From the IMG/VR virus record IMGVR_UViG_3300043394_000460, positions 1-27,638 of that record: a stretch of 27,638 nt of DNA; one strand, given 5' to 3'. Of this stretch, positions 1-8,507 are shown piece after piece. A program made the position numbers and the translations under genes. The stretch is from a virus. Taxonomy: Duplodnaviria > Caudoviricetes. The first letter of the stretch is position 1; each line of letters opens with the position of its first letter. The notes under the pieces were generated by a model, which searched no databases, had not been told where the DNA came from, and worked only from the letters and a program-made list of their open reading frames with translations.

Positions 1-600
1 ATGGTTGATATCAGAGATGCTTTTTTTCAATCAGATCCTTTTAAATATATTGCAAATTGTAAAAAAGATATTATTGTAAATGAGGAACCTATACCCCATC
101 GTTTAATCCCATGGTGTTATGAAATGTTTGAAAAAATGTATAATAAAGAGGTAATGGAAAAATTTATGGATAGACCTGTTTATTGTGCAGGAGTTGTAGG
201 AGGTAAAGCAAAAGAACTTTCAATATTATGTCGTCAAATTTATAATGAATCCATTAGAGTGGGACTTACAAATATAGACCAACATTTATTAAACTATTTT
301 ATACATACGGATAGTTATAAAAATAATGTTTTTTTTGGTACTGAAAAAATGCCTTTTGCAACTCATTTAAATACACAGCGTGGATTTTGGAGAGAACAAG
401 ATACTTCATATAAAGATGAAGAAATGATTTTACCATTAGCAACATTAAGAGATAATAAAGTGATAAATTCAGATGGTGAAGAATTTGCAATTGTACATCA
501 ATATGATCGTGTAACTGAATGGATTCCTATTCTTCAAACACAATTTATGACTGATACTAATATATCAATTGCACTTGCTAAACATCAAATAGGAGTTTAA
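1..600 (+). CDS. GT-A fold glycosyltransferase, probably 5'-truncated by the window edge
   Basis: D-x-R-D-x-F-F-Q motif (DIRDAFFQSDPF), CAGVVGG, DQxxxN and C-terminal IVHQYDR, as seen in phage GT-A enzymes. The ORF starts at base 1. Confidence 0.7.
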   Translation: MVDIRDAFFQSDPFKYIANCKKDIIVNEEPIPHRLIPWCYEMFEKMYNKEVMEKFMDRPVYCAGVVGGKAKELSILCRQIYNESIRVGLTNIDQHLLNYFIHTDSYKNNVFFGTEKMPFATHLNTQRGFWREQDTSYKDEEMILPLATLRDNKVINSDGEEFAIVHQYDRVTEWIPILQTQFMTDTNISIALAKHQIGV

Positions 601-611
601 TTTAAATAATT

Positions 612-1367
612 ATGAATAAGGAAATTGCTAATTTTTTTTGGATGGGGATGTTAAGCGAATTAGAAAAATCATCAATAAATTCTTTCAAAAAAAATGGATT
701 TGAAATAAGATTTTGGTCTTACGATAATATTAAAATAGATGGGATTGAAGTGTTGAATGCTTCCGAAATTTTAAAATTAGAAGAATATAAAGATATTTCA
801 CAATTTAGTGAATTAATTGGATGGGATAATAAAGCAATTATATCTGATATTTTTAGATATAAAGTTTTATCTTATGAAGATTCATGGTGGTTTGATTGTG
901 ATGTCTTTTGTTTAAAAAATCAAGAATGGTTTTTTAACTTAAGAAAAGAAAAAGGACATGGTGAATTTATTGCAGGGTATCAATCACCAGATCATGTATA
1001 TCCAATTAATGGAGCTTGTTTATTTTTAAATAAACAACATGCAGAAAATTTATTTTTAAGATCGGCTTATATTTTAGAAAAATATAAAAATAAAATTCCT
1101 CATTGGGGTGAATTGGGACCTAAATTAATAAGTGAATATGTTGTTGAAAATAACTTATTTGATATGTGTGTTGATAGAAGTTATTTTTATGAAATTCTTG
1201 GTAGAGATGTTGATATGTTTTTAAATCCATCAAGAATTTCTGAAGCTTTAAGAAGAACTAAAAAAAGTTACGCTAGTCATGTTTGGGATTCACATTTAAT
1301 TAAATTAAACGTAGATAAGAATAATATAACTCAAGATAATTTTTTAAAGTATCTTATGTACAGATAA
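612..1367 (+). CDS. GT32-like (alpha-1,4-glycosyltransferase / capsule synthesis type) DxD glycosyltransferase
   Basis: FW..G..S..E..SI.SF N-terminus, SDIFRY..L....WWFDCD (DxD) and WGELGPKL. Confidence 0.75.
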   Translation: MNKEIANFFWMGMLSELEKSSINSFKKNGFEIRFWSYDNIKIDGIEVLNASEILKLEEYKDISQFSELIGWDNKAIISDIFRYKVLSYEDSWWFDCDVFCLKNQEWFFNLRKEKGHGEFIAGYQSPDHVYPINGACLFLNKQHAENLFLRSAYILEKYKNKIPHWGELGPKLISEYVVENNLFDMCVDRSYFYEILGRDVDMFLNPSRISEALRRTKKSYASHVWDSHLIKLNVDKNNITQDNFLKYLMYR

Positions 1368-1374
1368 AAATATT

Positions 1375-1518
1375 ATGAAAAATTTACTTATTACAGTTTG
1401 CTCAAATTACGTTTATGATAACATATTTCCTTGGATTACAAGTGCTATAAAGTATTGTAAGAATACCGATATTTTAATTTTTATAAATAAAAATGATCGT
1501 AACACGATAAAAAAATAA
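1375..1518 (+). pseudogene. 47-codon probable N-terminal remnant of a GT-A glycosyltransferase
   Basis: Not in the ORF track. Reads MKNLLITVCSNYVYDNIFPWITSAIKYCKNTDILIFINKNDRNTIKK*, resembling the usual N-terminus of the family of ORF 1..600, and stops right after an A8 run. Confidence 0.45.
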
Positions 1519-1546
1519 AATAAGATGAATTGTTAAAACATTTAAT

Positions 1547-1554
1547 TAAATTTG
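1547..1554 (+). promoter_or_regulatory. Bacteroidota-type -7 promoter element (TAAATTTG) upstream of the GT9/sulfation operon
   Basis: Matches TAnnTTTG, intergenic, 27 nt before ATG 1582. No clear -33 element. Confidence 0.5.
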
Positions 1555-1581
1555 TAAAAAAACTAATTTAAAATAAAAACC

Positions 1582-2469
1582 ATGGAAAAATATTCAATAT
1601 TCCACATTGATGGAGGTATAGGAAAACATATAGCTGCTACAGCTGTAGCTAGATGTATTAAGAACAACCATCCAGACAGGAAGCTCATAGTGGTTTGTGC
1701 TTGGCCTTCTCCCTTTCTAAACCTAGACTTTATAGATAGGGTGTATAGCAGCTCTGCCACCCCTTATTTCTATCAGGATTATATAGAAGGAAAGGATTCT
1801 TTGATATTCAAACATGAGCCCTATTTTACAGCAGAACACATTCACGGTCAACTTCCACTTATTGAGAACTGGTGCAAACTGTATCAGCTTGAATACAATG
1901 GAGAAGAGCCTGAACTAGAGTTTAACCTGAGAGAAAAGCAACTAGCTAATGTTTTGTGGCAACCCACTAAGCCTATGTTACTCCTTCAGACATCAGGAGG
2001 AATGTTTGGTCAAGAGAATGCTGTTAGATATAAGTGGACAAGAGACATGCCCATTTCTGTAATGCAGGCTGTTTACGAAGAGTTTCGTCATGATTATGAT
2101 ATATTTCAGGTGACAAGACCTGGTGCTATTGCTATTGGTGGTGTTAATGTTATTGATAAGCAATACGGTATAATGGAGCTCATGACCATCCTTCTGAGAA
2201 GTGAGAAGAGATTGTTAATTGATTCATGCTTACAGCATGGTGCTGCTGCTTTAGGGTTACAGTCTACTGTGTTGTGGGTTGGAACCAATCCTAATATATT
2301 TGGTTACAAGATGCATAATAATATTATAGCCAATCAAAAACCTGAGTTCAAACTTCCTGATAGTTACTTATTTAATTATAACTTTGAAGGAACAACACAC
2401 GAGTGTCCTTATAAAGATGAGTCAGAGATGTTTGATGTGGACAATATTATAAACCAACTAAAAGGATAA
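1582..2469 (+). CDS. GT9-like (heptosyltransferase-like, GT-B) glycosyltransferase
   Basis: N-terminal GGIGK (GxGD-like) and C-terminal IDSCLQHGAAALG...TVLW (DSgxxHxAaAlg motif). Confidence 0.65.
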   Translation: MEKYSIFHIDGGIGKHIAATAVARCIKNNHPDRKLIVVCAWPSPFLNLDFIDRVYSSSATPYFYQDYIEGKDSLIFKHEPYFTAEHIHGQLPLIENWCKLYQLEYNGEEPELEFNLREKQLANVLWQPTKPMLLLQTSGGMFGQENAVRYKWTRDMPISVMQAVYEEFRHDYDIFQVTRPGAIAIGGVNVIDKQYGIMELMTILLRSEKRLLIDSCLQHGAAALGLQSTVLWVGTNPNIFGYKMHNNIIANQKPEFKLPDSYLFNYNFEGTTHECPYKDESEMFDVDNIINQLKG

Positions 2470-3287
2470 TGGAAAAACTATTTTATCAAAGTTCTCTACC
2501 AAGAGCAGGATCTACATTATTGCAGAACATCTTAGCTCAGAACCCAGACATATATGCTACACCCACAAGTGGTGTGTTAGAACTAGTGTTTGCCGCAAGA
2601 GCTAACTACACTAATTCTCCTGAGTTCAAAGCACAAGAGTCAGAACTTATGAAAAAAGGCTTTCAAGCTTTTTGTCATGAAGGGATGAAGGGATATTATG
2701 AAGCTATTACAGACAAAAAATATGTAATAGATAAGAGCAGGGGATGGGGGATTCATTATGGCTTCCTCAATTTCATTAATCCAGAGCCTAAGATAATATG
2801 CATGGTGAGAGACCTGCGTGACATCTTTGCAAGCATGGAGAAGAATTATAGAAAGAATCCTGATAAGCAGGATGATATTCTAGACTGGTCTAAGATGCAA
2901 GGAACAACAGTTCCTAAACGTATAGATATATGGGCACAGTCTCAACCTGTAGGACTTGCTATCGAAAGGTTGGGAGAGATACTTAGGATGGGAATAGACA
3001 GTAAAATGTTGTTTGTTAAGTTTGAAGATTTGTGTTTACATCCTGAATCAGAAATTATACGCATCTACAACTATCTAGGCATTCCTTATTTTAAGCATGA
3101 TTTTGATAACGTAGAGCAAGTGACTAAGGAAGATGATGAAGTGTATGGAGCATTTGGTGACCATGTTATTAGAACTAAGGTGGAACCTGTTCCTTCAAAA
3201 GCAAAACAGTTGCTTGGAAGAGATGTGACAGATTGGATATGGAGCAATTACAAATGGTTCTTTGACTACTTTAAATATATAAAATGA
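2469..3287 (+). CDS. PAPS-dependent sulfotransferase
   Basis: 5'-PSB loop SLPRAGSTLL, 3'-PB motif VRDLRDIFAS, and KFEDL..HPE. Confidence 0.9.
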   Translation: MEKLFYQSSLPRAGSTLLQNILAQNPDIYATPTSGVLELVFAARANYTNSPEFKAQESELMKKGFQAFCHEGMKGYYEAITDKKYVIDKSRGWGIHYGFLNFINPEPKIICMVRDLRDIFASMEKNYRKNPDKQDDILDWSKMQGTTVPKRIDIWAQSQPVGLAIERLGEILRMGIDSKMLFVKFEDLCLHPESEIIRIYNYLGIPYFKHDFDNVEQVTKEDDEVYGAFGDHVIRTKVEPVPSKAKQLLGRDVTDWIWSNYKWFFDYFKYIK

Positions 3288-3754
3288 TAATAGTATTATT
3301 TGGTCAGCCTCATTGTGGTAAGTCCACGCTTGCTGATATTCTTACAGTTAAACTTCCTGCAGATAATATCGATGGAGATGATTTGAGAGAGTTGTTCAAA
3401 AACAAAGATTACAGCAGAGAGGGTAGGATTAAGAATCTCAATCGTGCAAGTGATATAGCACATTACATCAATCACAAGAATGAAGACTATGTGCACGTCG
3501 TGCTATCTCTAGTATATCCATACAAGGAAGCTAGAGACTACCTGAATAGCCTTACAGAGGATGTGGTTTGGGTCTATCTCACTTATGAAGGAGAAAGAGG
3601 AAGAGAAAACTTTCATGTAAAAGATTTTGAGATTCCTACAGAAGAGCGTATATTGCACCTTGATACATCCAAAACAGATGTGTCAGAATGTATAAATCAA
3701 ATATTAACTTATGCAAAACTTCCTAGCCAAAGCAGCAGCTCCCTCGTCTTCTAA
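3284..3754 (+). CDS. cysC: Adenylylsulfate (APS) kinase-like protein, short form
   Basis: P-loop GQPHCGKST, IDGDDLR and YSREGRIKNL, typical of CysC. ATGA overlap with the sulfotransferase. Confidence 0.75.
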   Translation: MIIVLFGQPHCGKSTLADILTVKLPADNIDGDDLRELFKNKDYSREGRIKNLNRASDIAHYINHKNEDYVHVVLSLVYPYKEARDYLNSLTEDVVWVYLTYEGERGRENFHVKDFEIPTEERILHLDTSKTDVSECINQILTYAKLPSQSSSSLVF

Positions 3755-4109
3755 TTCAAAGATGTATTCAATGTTTATTGGTAGATGGCAACCTTGGCAT
3801 GCTGGTCACAGGTGGCTAATTGATCAAAGGTTGAATGAAGGAAAGAATGTTTTATTGTGTATTAGGGATGTTGAACCAGATGAAAAGAATCCTTTCACAG
3901 CTAGTGAAGTGGAAGCTAATATTAAGAAAGAACTTTGGCAGCTTGTAGGTGAGGAACGAGTGAAGGTGATCATCATCCCTGATATTGAGTCTGTTAACAT
4001 TGGTAGGGGTATAGGGTATGATGTTATAGAACATGTTCCTCCTGCAGAGATACATGATATATCTGCTACAAAGATTCGTGAACAAATGAAAGCTGAGGGT
4101 AAACTATGA
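3711..4109 (+). CDS. HxGH nucleotidyltransferase (cytidylyltransferase-like), candidate minimal ATP sulfurylase
   Basis: FIGRWQPWHAGH, NPF and ISATKIRE motifs. The substrate is inferred only from context. Confidence 0.75.
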   Translation: MQNFLAKAAAPSSSNSKMYSMFIGRWQPWHAGHRWLIDQRLNEGKNVLLCIRDVEPDEKNPFTASEVEANIKKELWQLVGEERVKVIIIPDIESVNIGRGIGYDVIEHVPPAEIHDISATKIREQMKAEGKL

Positions 4110-4339
4110 CAGATGTTAAGATAAGGTATAACACACTATGTAAAGACAACCATAGTTTTTGGAGAATTCTAATCAATGGTGTAGAACGTGTATGTTCTAA
4201 CATTGTGGTGGAGATTCCCATGCATACAACTCGTGACTTTGTTTATGATCCTAATAGAGGAGAAATGGTAGATAAACACCACTTTAGCTGTCAGGCTAAT
4301 GAGGTAATTTGGAAAGGAGACGTAGTTATAATAAAATGA
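4106..4339 (+). CDS. Hypothetical protein
   Basis: 77-aa ORF coupled by ATGA overlaps on both sides. Confidence 0.65.
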   Translation: MTDVKIRYNTLCKDNHSFWRILINGVERVCSNIVVEIPMHTTRDFVYDPNRGEMVDKHHFSCQANEVIWKGDVVIIK

Positions 4340-4551
4340 TAATAGAAAAGAAAAGACACTTAGCTAAGGCTATCTCTTATAGAATAATTAGCACACTCAT
4401 TGGATTCATTGCTATGTGGGCTGCTACCAACTCTATTAAAGTTGGAGCAGCTTTTAGCATAGCAGAACTAATTTGGAAACCTATACAATATTATTTCCAT
4501 GAGAGGATTTGGTATCGATGGATAAAATTTGGTCTAAAAGAACAGAAATAA
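4336..4551 (+). CDS. DUF2061-like small membrane protein
   Basis: KRHLAKAISYRIIST...YYFHERIW signature. Start placed at ATG 4336 (ATGA overlap). Confidence 0.8.
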   Translation: MIIEKKRHLAKAISYRIISTLIGFIAMWAATNSIKVGAAFSIAELIWKPIQYYFHERIWYRWIKFGLKEQK

Positions 4552-5629
4552 CATCTTGTGCCGTTATTGATTTTTGACACTCAAGAAATCTAGATGTGTT
4601 CTTATGTACAGGACACCAATTCCAATCTCCTTTGTCAAACTTAAAGTTAGGATTGTTCCAACATCCATAACACACTGTTTTCTTAACAGGACGTACACAT
4701 TTAAATTCATGCCACTCTTCTGAGAAGTTAGCAATCATCACTACAGGTCTACCCATAGCCCAAGCTAACCAACTTAATCCAGAGCTCAGTCCTATGAAAA
4801 AGTGACTATGAGCAATCGCATCCATAGCGCTTTGTAAAGACTTATCATCTAGAGGTTGACAGTTCTCAAATGGATTTTCTTCTTTAGAAACATTTATTAT
4901 TGTATACCCTAACTTATGTAGGAATGTAATCACATCTTGCCAAGCTTCCCTTGTCCAAAACTTACAGGCAGCTGTAGAATTGGTAGCTATTGTAACCACT
5001 TTTGAATTATAGCTTGTTTTTTGATAATGCATGATTCTAGGTCTTAATTCTTTATATTCAAGCCCTAGAATGTTTGTAGCTGTTTGTTGTAATGGTATTG
5101 TATTTGGTAGCACTGGTTCCATGCTATCTTTGTAAAACCATCCTAGATCATACTTTGCGTACAGATTATCAACTGATTCACCTGGTTTAATAAATGTGAG
5201 TTCTGGATAAGCTTCTTCAAATAGAAAGTTTTTAAATGTCCTTACGAAGACATTACAGTTGTGCTTATTTTTAAATTCTAGTGCATATGGCACCCATGCT
5301 ATTGTATCTCCTAAGGAAGAACTATCAAATGATATTAATACATTCTTATCCTTAGCATTGTATGTAACATTAGAAATTAGTGTGTCGTTCTCATACACCT
5401 CAATTCTCCACTTAATGAAATATTTAATTGCTGTTCTGGCCCACGAATTATTCTGGATTTCTGTTTTATATATTACAACTCCTGTATCATCATTAATAAA
5501 CTTTACTGTATATTTCTTCACTTCAGAACCTAAGATTTCTACAAAAGCACCGTCTGTAAAGTTGTAATGTATCTTGTTCTTTACAACGACAATTGGTGAG
5601 AGGGTTTTCTTCAGATTATTATATATCAT
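4481..5629 (-). CDS. Aah/TibC-like (autotransporter strand-loop-strand) protein O-heptosyltransferase
   Basis: SSSLGDTIAW, FIGLSSGLSWLAWA...PVVMI..FS and the four-Cys set CYGCWN...WCPVH...ECQKSIT. Confidence 0.8.
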   Translation of the reverse strand: MIYNNLKKTLSPIVVVKNKIHYNFTDGAFVEILGSEVKKYTVKFINDDTGVVIYKTEIQNNSWARTAIKYFIKWRIEVYENDTLISNVTYNAKDKNVLISFDSSSLGDTIAWVPYALEFKNKHNCNVFVRTFKNFLFEEAYPELTFIKPGESVDNLYAKYDLGWFYKDSMEPVLPNTIPLQQTATNILGLEYKELRPRIMHYQKTSYNSKVVTIATNSTAACKFWTREAWQDVITFLHKLGYTIINVSKEENPFENCQPLDDKSLQSAMDAIAHSHFFIGLSSGLSWLAWAMGRPVVMIANFSEEWHEFKCVRPVKKTVCYGCWNNPNFKFDKGDWNWCPVHKNTSRFLECQKSITAQDVISVLLDQILSIDTKSSHGNNIV

Positions 5630-6555
5630 TTTTTCAACAGTTTTAATAACAAATTCTTATTTTCATTAACATCTTCAGTGATATATGTCACCTGAGGGTT
5701 ATTATCATACATGTCTAAATAGGTGTGTAGCTTTCTAAACATGCAGGGAAGACCGTGTCCCAATGCTTCTTTAATTGATATTGGAGAGAGTTCAAATTTG
5801 GACGGGAAGTAGAACAGATCAGCTGCAGAATAGAATGTTTCTACATCGTGACGTTCTCCCCAGACAATACAGTTATCTGGCTTATTTGCCATTAGAGGCT
5901 CCCAATATTCCTTAAAATTGCCAGCCTGATTACCTACAAAGTGGAACAAGATGTTCTCATCCTTCAGTTGTCTAGCTATCTCAAACAGCTCAGCTTGATT
6001 CTTGCCAGGGGTAAATAATCCCATATGAAGGACATGTTTAACACTATCATCCAGTCCCAACATCTTTCTAGCTCTACTCTTGTCAACCACGTGATTGATA
6101 ATAGGATATTCCCAGACATCAGAATCAATCCCTAAATGAGCAAATCTTTGCCTGCTCCATTCAGAAACAAATACATATCTGTCTGGATGGTAGTAGATCT
6201 TGTCTGGATCTGTATAAGAACTGTGTGTAGTGACTACATTGAAGTGAGTTCTGTCGTCAGCAAACAGTTTGTCTAAGATTCTTGTGTGTAGAAAATCCTG
6301 AGGAATCTCCTGATAATGGATGATGTCTGGCTGGTAGTGCTCTACATATCTAAGGATCTCGTCCTGATATTCGAAATGGTGCACTGTGAAAAACTTGCTG
6401 ATTTTATTCTTTTGGACGACAAACAGGTCTCCTCCAGAGTTGGTAACATCAATGACTTCTATGTCATGTTCTGCTCCAAAATGCATTGCCTGTTGATATA
6501 AATATTGAGGCATTCCTCCTGTGGATAAGTGGGGTGCAATGTATAGAATTTTCAT
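5626..6555 (-). CDS. GT4-family (GT-B) glycosyltransferase
   Basis: PHLSTGGMPQY, GLFTPGKNQ and FPSKFELSPISIKEA (E-x7-E motif). Confidence 0.85.
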   Translation of the reverse strand: MKILYIAPHLSTGGMPQYLYQQAMHFGAEHDIEVIDVTNSGGDLFVVQKNKISKFFTVHHFEYQDEILRYVEHYQPDIIHYQEIPQDFLHTRILDKLFADDRTHFNVVTTHSSYTDPDKIYYHPDRYVFVSEWSRQRFAHLGIDSDVWEYPIINHVVDKSRARKMLGLDDSVKHVLHMGLFTPGKNQAELFEIARQLKDENILFHFVGNQAGNFKEYWEPLMANKPDNCIVWGERHDVETFYSAADLFYFPSKFELSPISIKEALGHGLPCMFRKLHTYLDMYDNNPQVTYITEDVNENKNLLLKLLKK

Positions 6556-6559
6556 AGCT

Positions 6560-6607
6560 CAAAGTTAAAAAAAGATTTGGTAGTTTCAAAAGTATTTTTT
6601 AGTTTTG
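6560..6607. promoter_or_regulatory. Overlapping divergent Bacteroidota-type promoters
   Basis: + strand: TTTG 6576-6579, 20-nt spacer, TAGTTTTG 6600-6607. - strand: TTTG 6590-6587, 19-nt spacer, TAACTTTG 6567-6560. Confidence 0.7.
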
Positions 6608-6712
6608 TACAAATCTATCCTTGCCTGTCCTAGGCACAAATTACATATACACTTTTTCCCTAATTTGAGGGAGGTGTATTTTTTTTTATCCCACATACCC
6701 TCATATACGAGT

Positions 6713-7054
6713 ATGGAAAATATTTTTGAACAACAAGTAAAAGATGAATTAAAAAGCATGGACCAGCGTCTGTACGACATGGAGGAGAAGATTGTATCTA
6801 TTGACACCAAGCTTACGCAGGTTGTTGATGCTATCTTGGGCAACCCCCTCACCAAGAACGGAGGTTTTGTAAACGAGATTGAAACTCTTAAAGGAAAGAT
6901 TAAAGAGTTTGAAGCTAAGTTTGAAAAGCAAGATCTTAAATTAGAAAAACAAGAAGAGTTTAAGAAGAGAATTATCTGGACAATTAGTATTATTGTTGCT
7001 GCAGCGCTAATCATCCAATACTTCATTACGCTCTATTCAAGTATTAACAAATGA
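6713..7054 (+). CDS. Coiled-coil protein with C-terminal transmembrane helix, putative holin-like lysis protein
   Basis: Heptad-like charged segment, hydrophobic C-terminus IIWTISIIVAAALIIQYFITLY, and position upstream of the endolysin. Start placed at ATG 6713. Confidence 0.55.
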   Translation: MENIFEQQVKDELKSMDQRLYDMEEKIVSIDTKLTQVVDAILGNPLTKNGGFVNEIETLKGKIKEFEAKFEKQDLKLEKQEEFKKRIIWTISIIVAAALIIQYFITLYSSINK

Positions 7055-7635
7055 ACTATATAAAGACTAATTTCTTAAACGTAATTGTCTTAGTGCTTGT
7101 ATCTGTCCTCTTTATAGAGCGATGTAACGAGAAGCCTGCACCAGAACAAAAGCCTATTATTATAAAGGATACGTTCTATATGCATGTTGACAGCATCATC
7201 TACTCAAAACCACAGATTATCAAAACTATCGAGATCCATAAGGATAGTGTAAAGACCTATCTACCTGATAGTAATTACAAGCAATTTGCACAAGACGTTC
7301 TAAATCAACTACTTGCGAAGAACATTCAGCAAGATAGTATCAAGATTGATAGCATTGGATATGTAAAGGTGACTGACACTGTCCAGAGGAACATGATTAT
7401 AGGAAGGTCTTCAGAGGTGAGCGTTAAGTATCCCATCATAAGGGAAACTGTGACACTACCCTATGTTCCTAAGAATCAATTATATGTTGGTGGATCGCTA
7501 CAGTCTAATCAGATTAGTGGTGGTCTATTATTCAAGAACAAGAAAGACCAGATATTTGGTGGGTCTGTAGGACTAAACAACCAAGGTCAATTAGTATATG
7601 GCGTTCAATCATATTGGAAAATCAAATTAAAATGA
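7051..7635 (+). CDS. Membrane-anchored protein of the lysis module (spanin-like candidate)
   Basis: N-terminal hydrophobic helix followed by Cys, beta-rich C-terminus ending YWKIKLK, lysis context. Confidence 0.45.
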   Translation: MNYIKTNFLNVIVLVLVSVLFIERCNEKPAPEQKPIIIKDTFYMHVDSIIYSKPQIIKTIEIHKDSVKTYLPDSNYKQFAQDVLNQLLAKNIQQDSIKIDSIGYVKVTDTVQRNMIIGRSSEVSVKYPIIRETVTLPYVPKNQLYVGGSLQSNQISGGLLFKNKKDQIFGGSVGLNNQGQLVYGVQSYWKIKLK

Positions 7636-7838
7636 AACAGTTGAAATTTGGATGGAAACGATACTTTCAGCCTACCCCTAAGAGAATTAGAGTGTTTGGC
7701 GATAGCCTAGCTGCAGCTGGTACCTTTGGTGCTGGCATTGCTGTTTTAAATGGTCACCCTATTGTGGGCACTGTTGTAATGATTGTAGCTGTGGTTGGTA
7801 AATTTATTTCTAACTTTTTTACTGAGGAGGAAGTGTAA
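7632..7838 (+). CDS. Small two-TM protein, putative holin
   Basis: Basic N-terminus, two hydrophobic segments, TAATG coupling to the amidase. Confidence 0.55.
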   Translation: MKQLKFGWKRYFQPTPKRIRVFGDSLAAAGTFGAGIAVLNGHPIVGTVVMIVAVVGKFISNFFTEEEV

Positions 7839-8377
7839 TGAGAAAAGTTATTCTATCTGCAGGTCATGGTGGAACAGATCCAGGTGCTTCTGGCAATGGA
7901 TATATTGAAAGAGATCTAGCCATTGAGCTTAGAGAACTAGTTGGTGTTGAGCTAAGAGCTCTGAATATTGCTCCTTTAATGGATGACAATAGGAATGCTC
8001 TGAAGGACACTCTTGCTTGGCTGAGAGGTAAGTTTGGCTCAAAAGATATACTTGTAGACATCCATTGGAACGCATCTGCAAATCCTGAAGCTAAAGGAAC
8101 AGAGGTGATTGTACCCAATCTACCTACATATTTCGAGACTAGTCTTGCAAAAAACATATTGAAAGTGTTTACAGACCTTGGCTTTAGAGAAAGAGGTGTT
8201 AAACCTGAATCTCTTACAGCCAGAAAGACATTGGCTTGGATGAGACCAGCAGCTGAGAATATTCTTATTGAAGTGTGTTTCATCTCCAATTCTATGGATA
8301 TGAAGCTATACCAAGCAAATAAAAACGGCATTGCTAAGAAACTAGCTGCTGTTATTCATCAATACGCAAAACTTTAA
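7838..8377 (+). CDS. N-acetylmuramoyl-L-alanine amidase (Amidase_3), endolysin
   Basis: AGHGGTDPGA, E ligand (YIER), DIHWNAS, ILIEVCFISN. Confidence 0.92.
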   Translation: MRKVILSAGHGGTDPGASGNGYIERDLAIELRELVGVELRALNIAPLMDDNRNALKDTLAWLRGKFGSKDILVDIHWNASANPEAKGTEVIVPNLPTYFETSLAKNILKVFTDLGFRERGVKPESLTARKTLAWMRPAAENILIEVCFISNSMDMKLYQANKNGIAKKLAAVIHQYAKL

Positions 8378-8381
8378 ACCA

Positions 8382-8507
8382 ATGAAAAAGGGTAGCTCAA
8401 GCTCAAACAAAGTAATTTTTGGTAAAAGAAAAGGTGGCAAAGCTACCAAGAGTCGTGGACCAAAAGATAAACCTGTCAGCAAATATAGAGGACAAGGCGG
8501 CAGATGA
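8382..8507 (+). CDS. 41-aa Lys/Gly-rich basic peptide
   Basis: Not in the ORF track. MKKGSSSSNKVIFGKRKGGKATKSRGPKDKPVSKYRGQGGR*, with aaaccaATG start context and an ATGA overlap with the next gene. Confidence 0.7.
   Translation: MKKGSSSSNKVIFGKRKGGKATKSRGPKDKPVSKYRGQGGR

Noticed and set aside
3711-3754. Programmed frameshift fusing the APS kinase and nucleotidyltransferase
   Set aside because: There is a 44-nt overlap but no convincing slippery heptamer or stimulatory structure, and the downstream ORF has its own ATGs (3711, 3762).
6586-8331. - strand ORFs 6586..7026, 6749..6931 and 7864..8331
   Set aside because: They lie antisense to well-supported lysis genes and have no motifs. The same applies to the other short antisense ORFs in the track.
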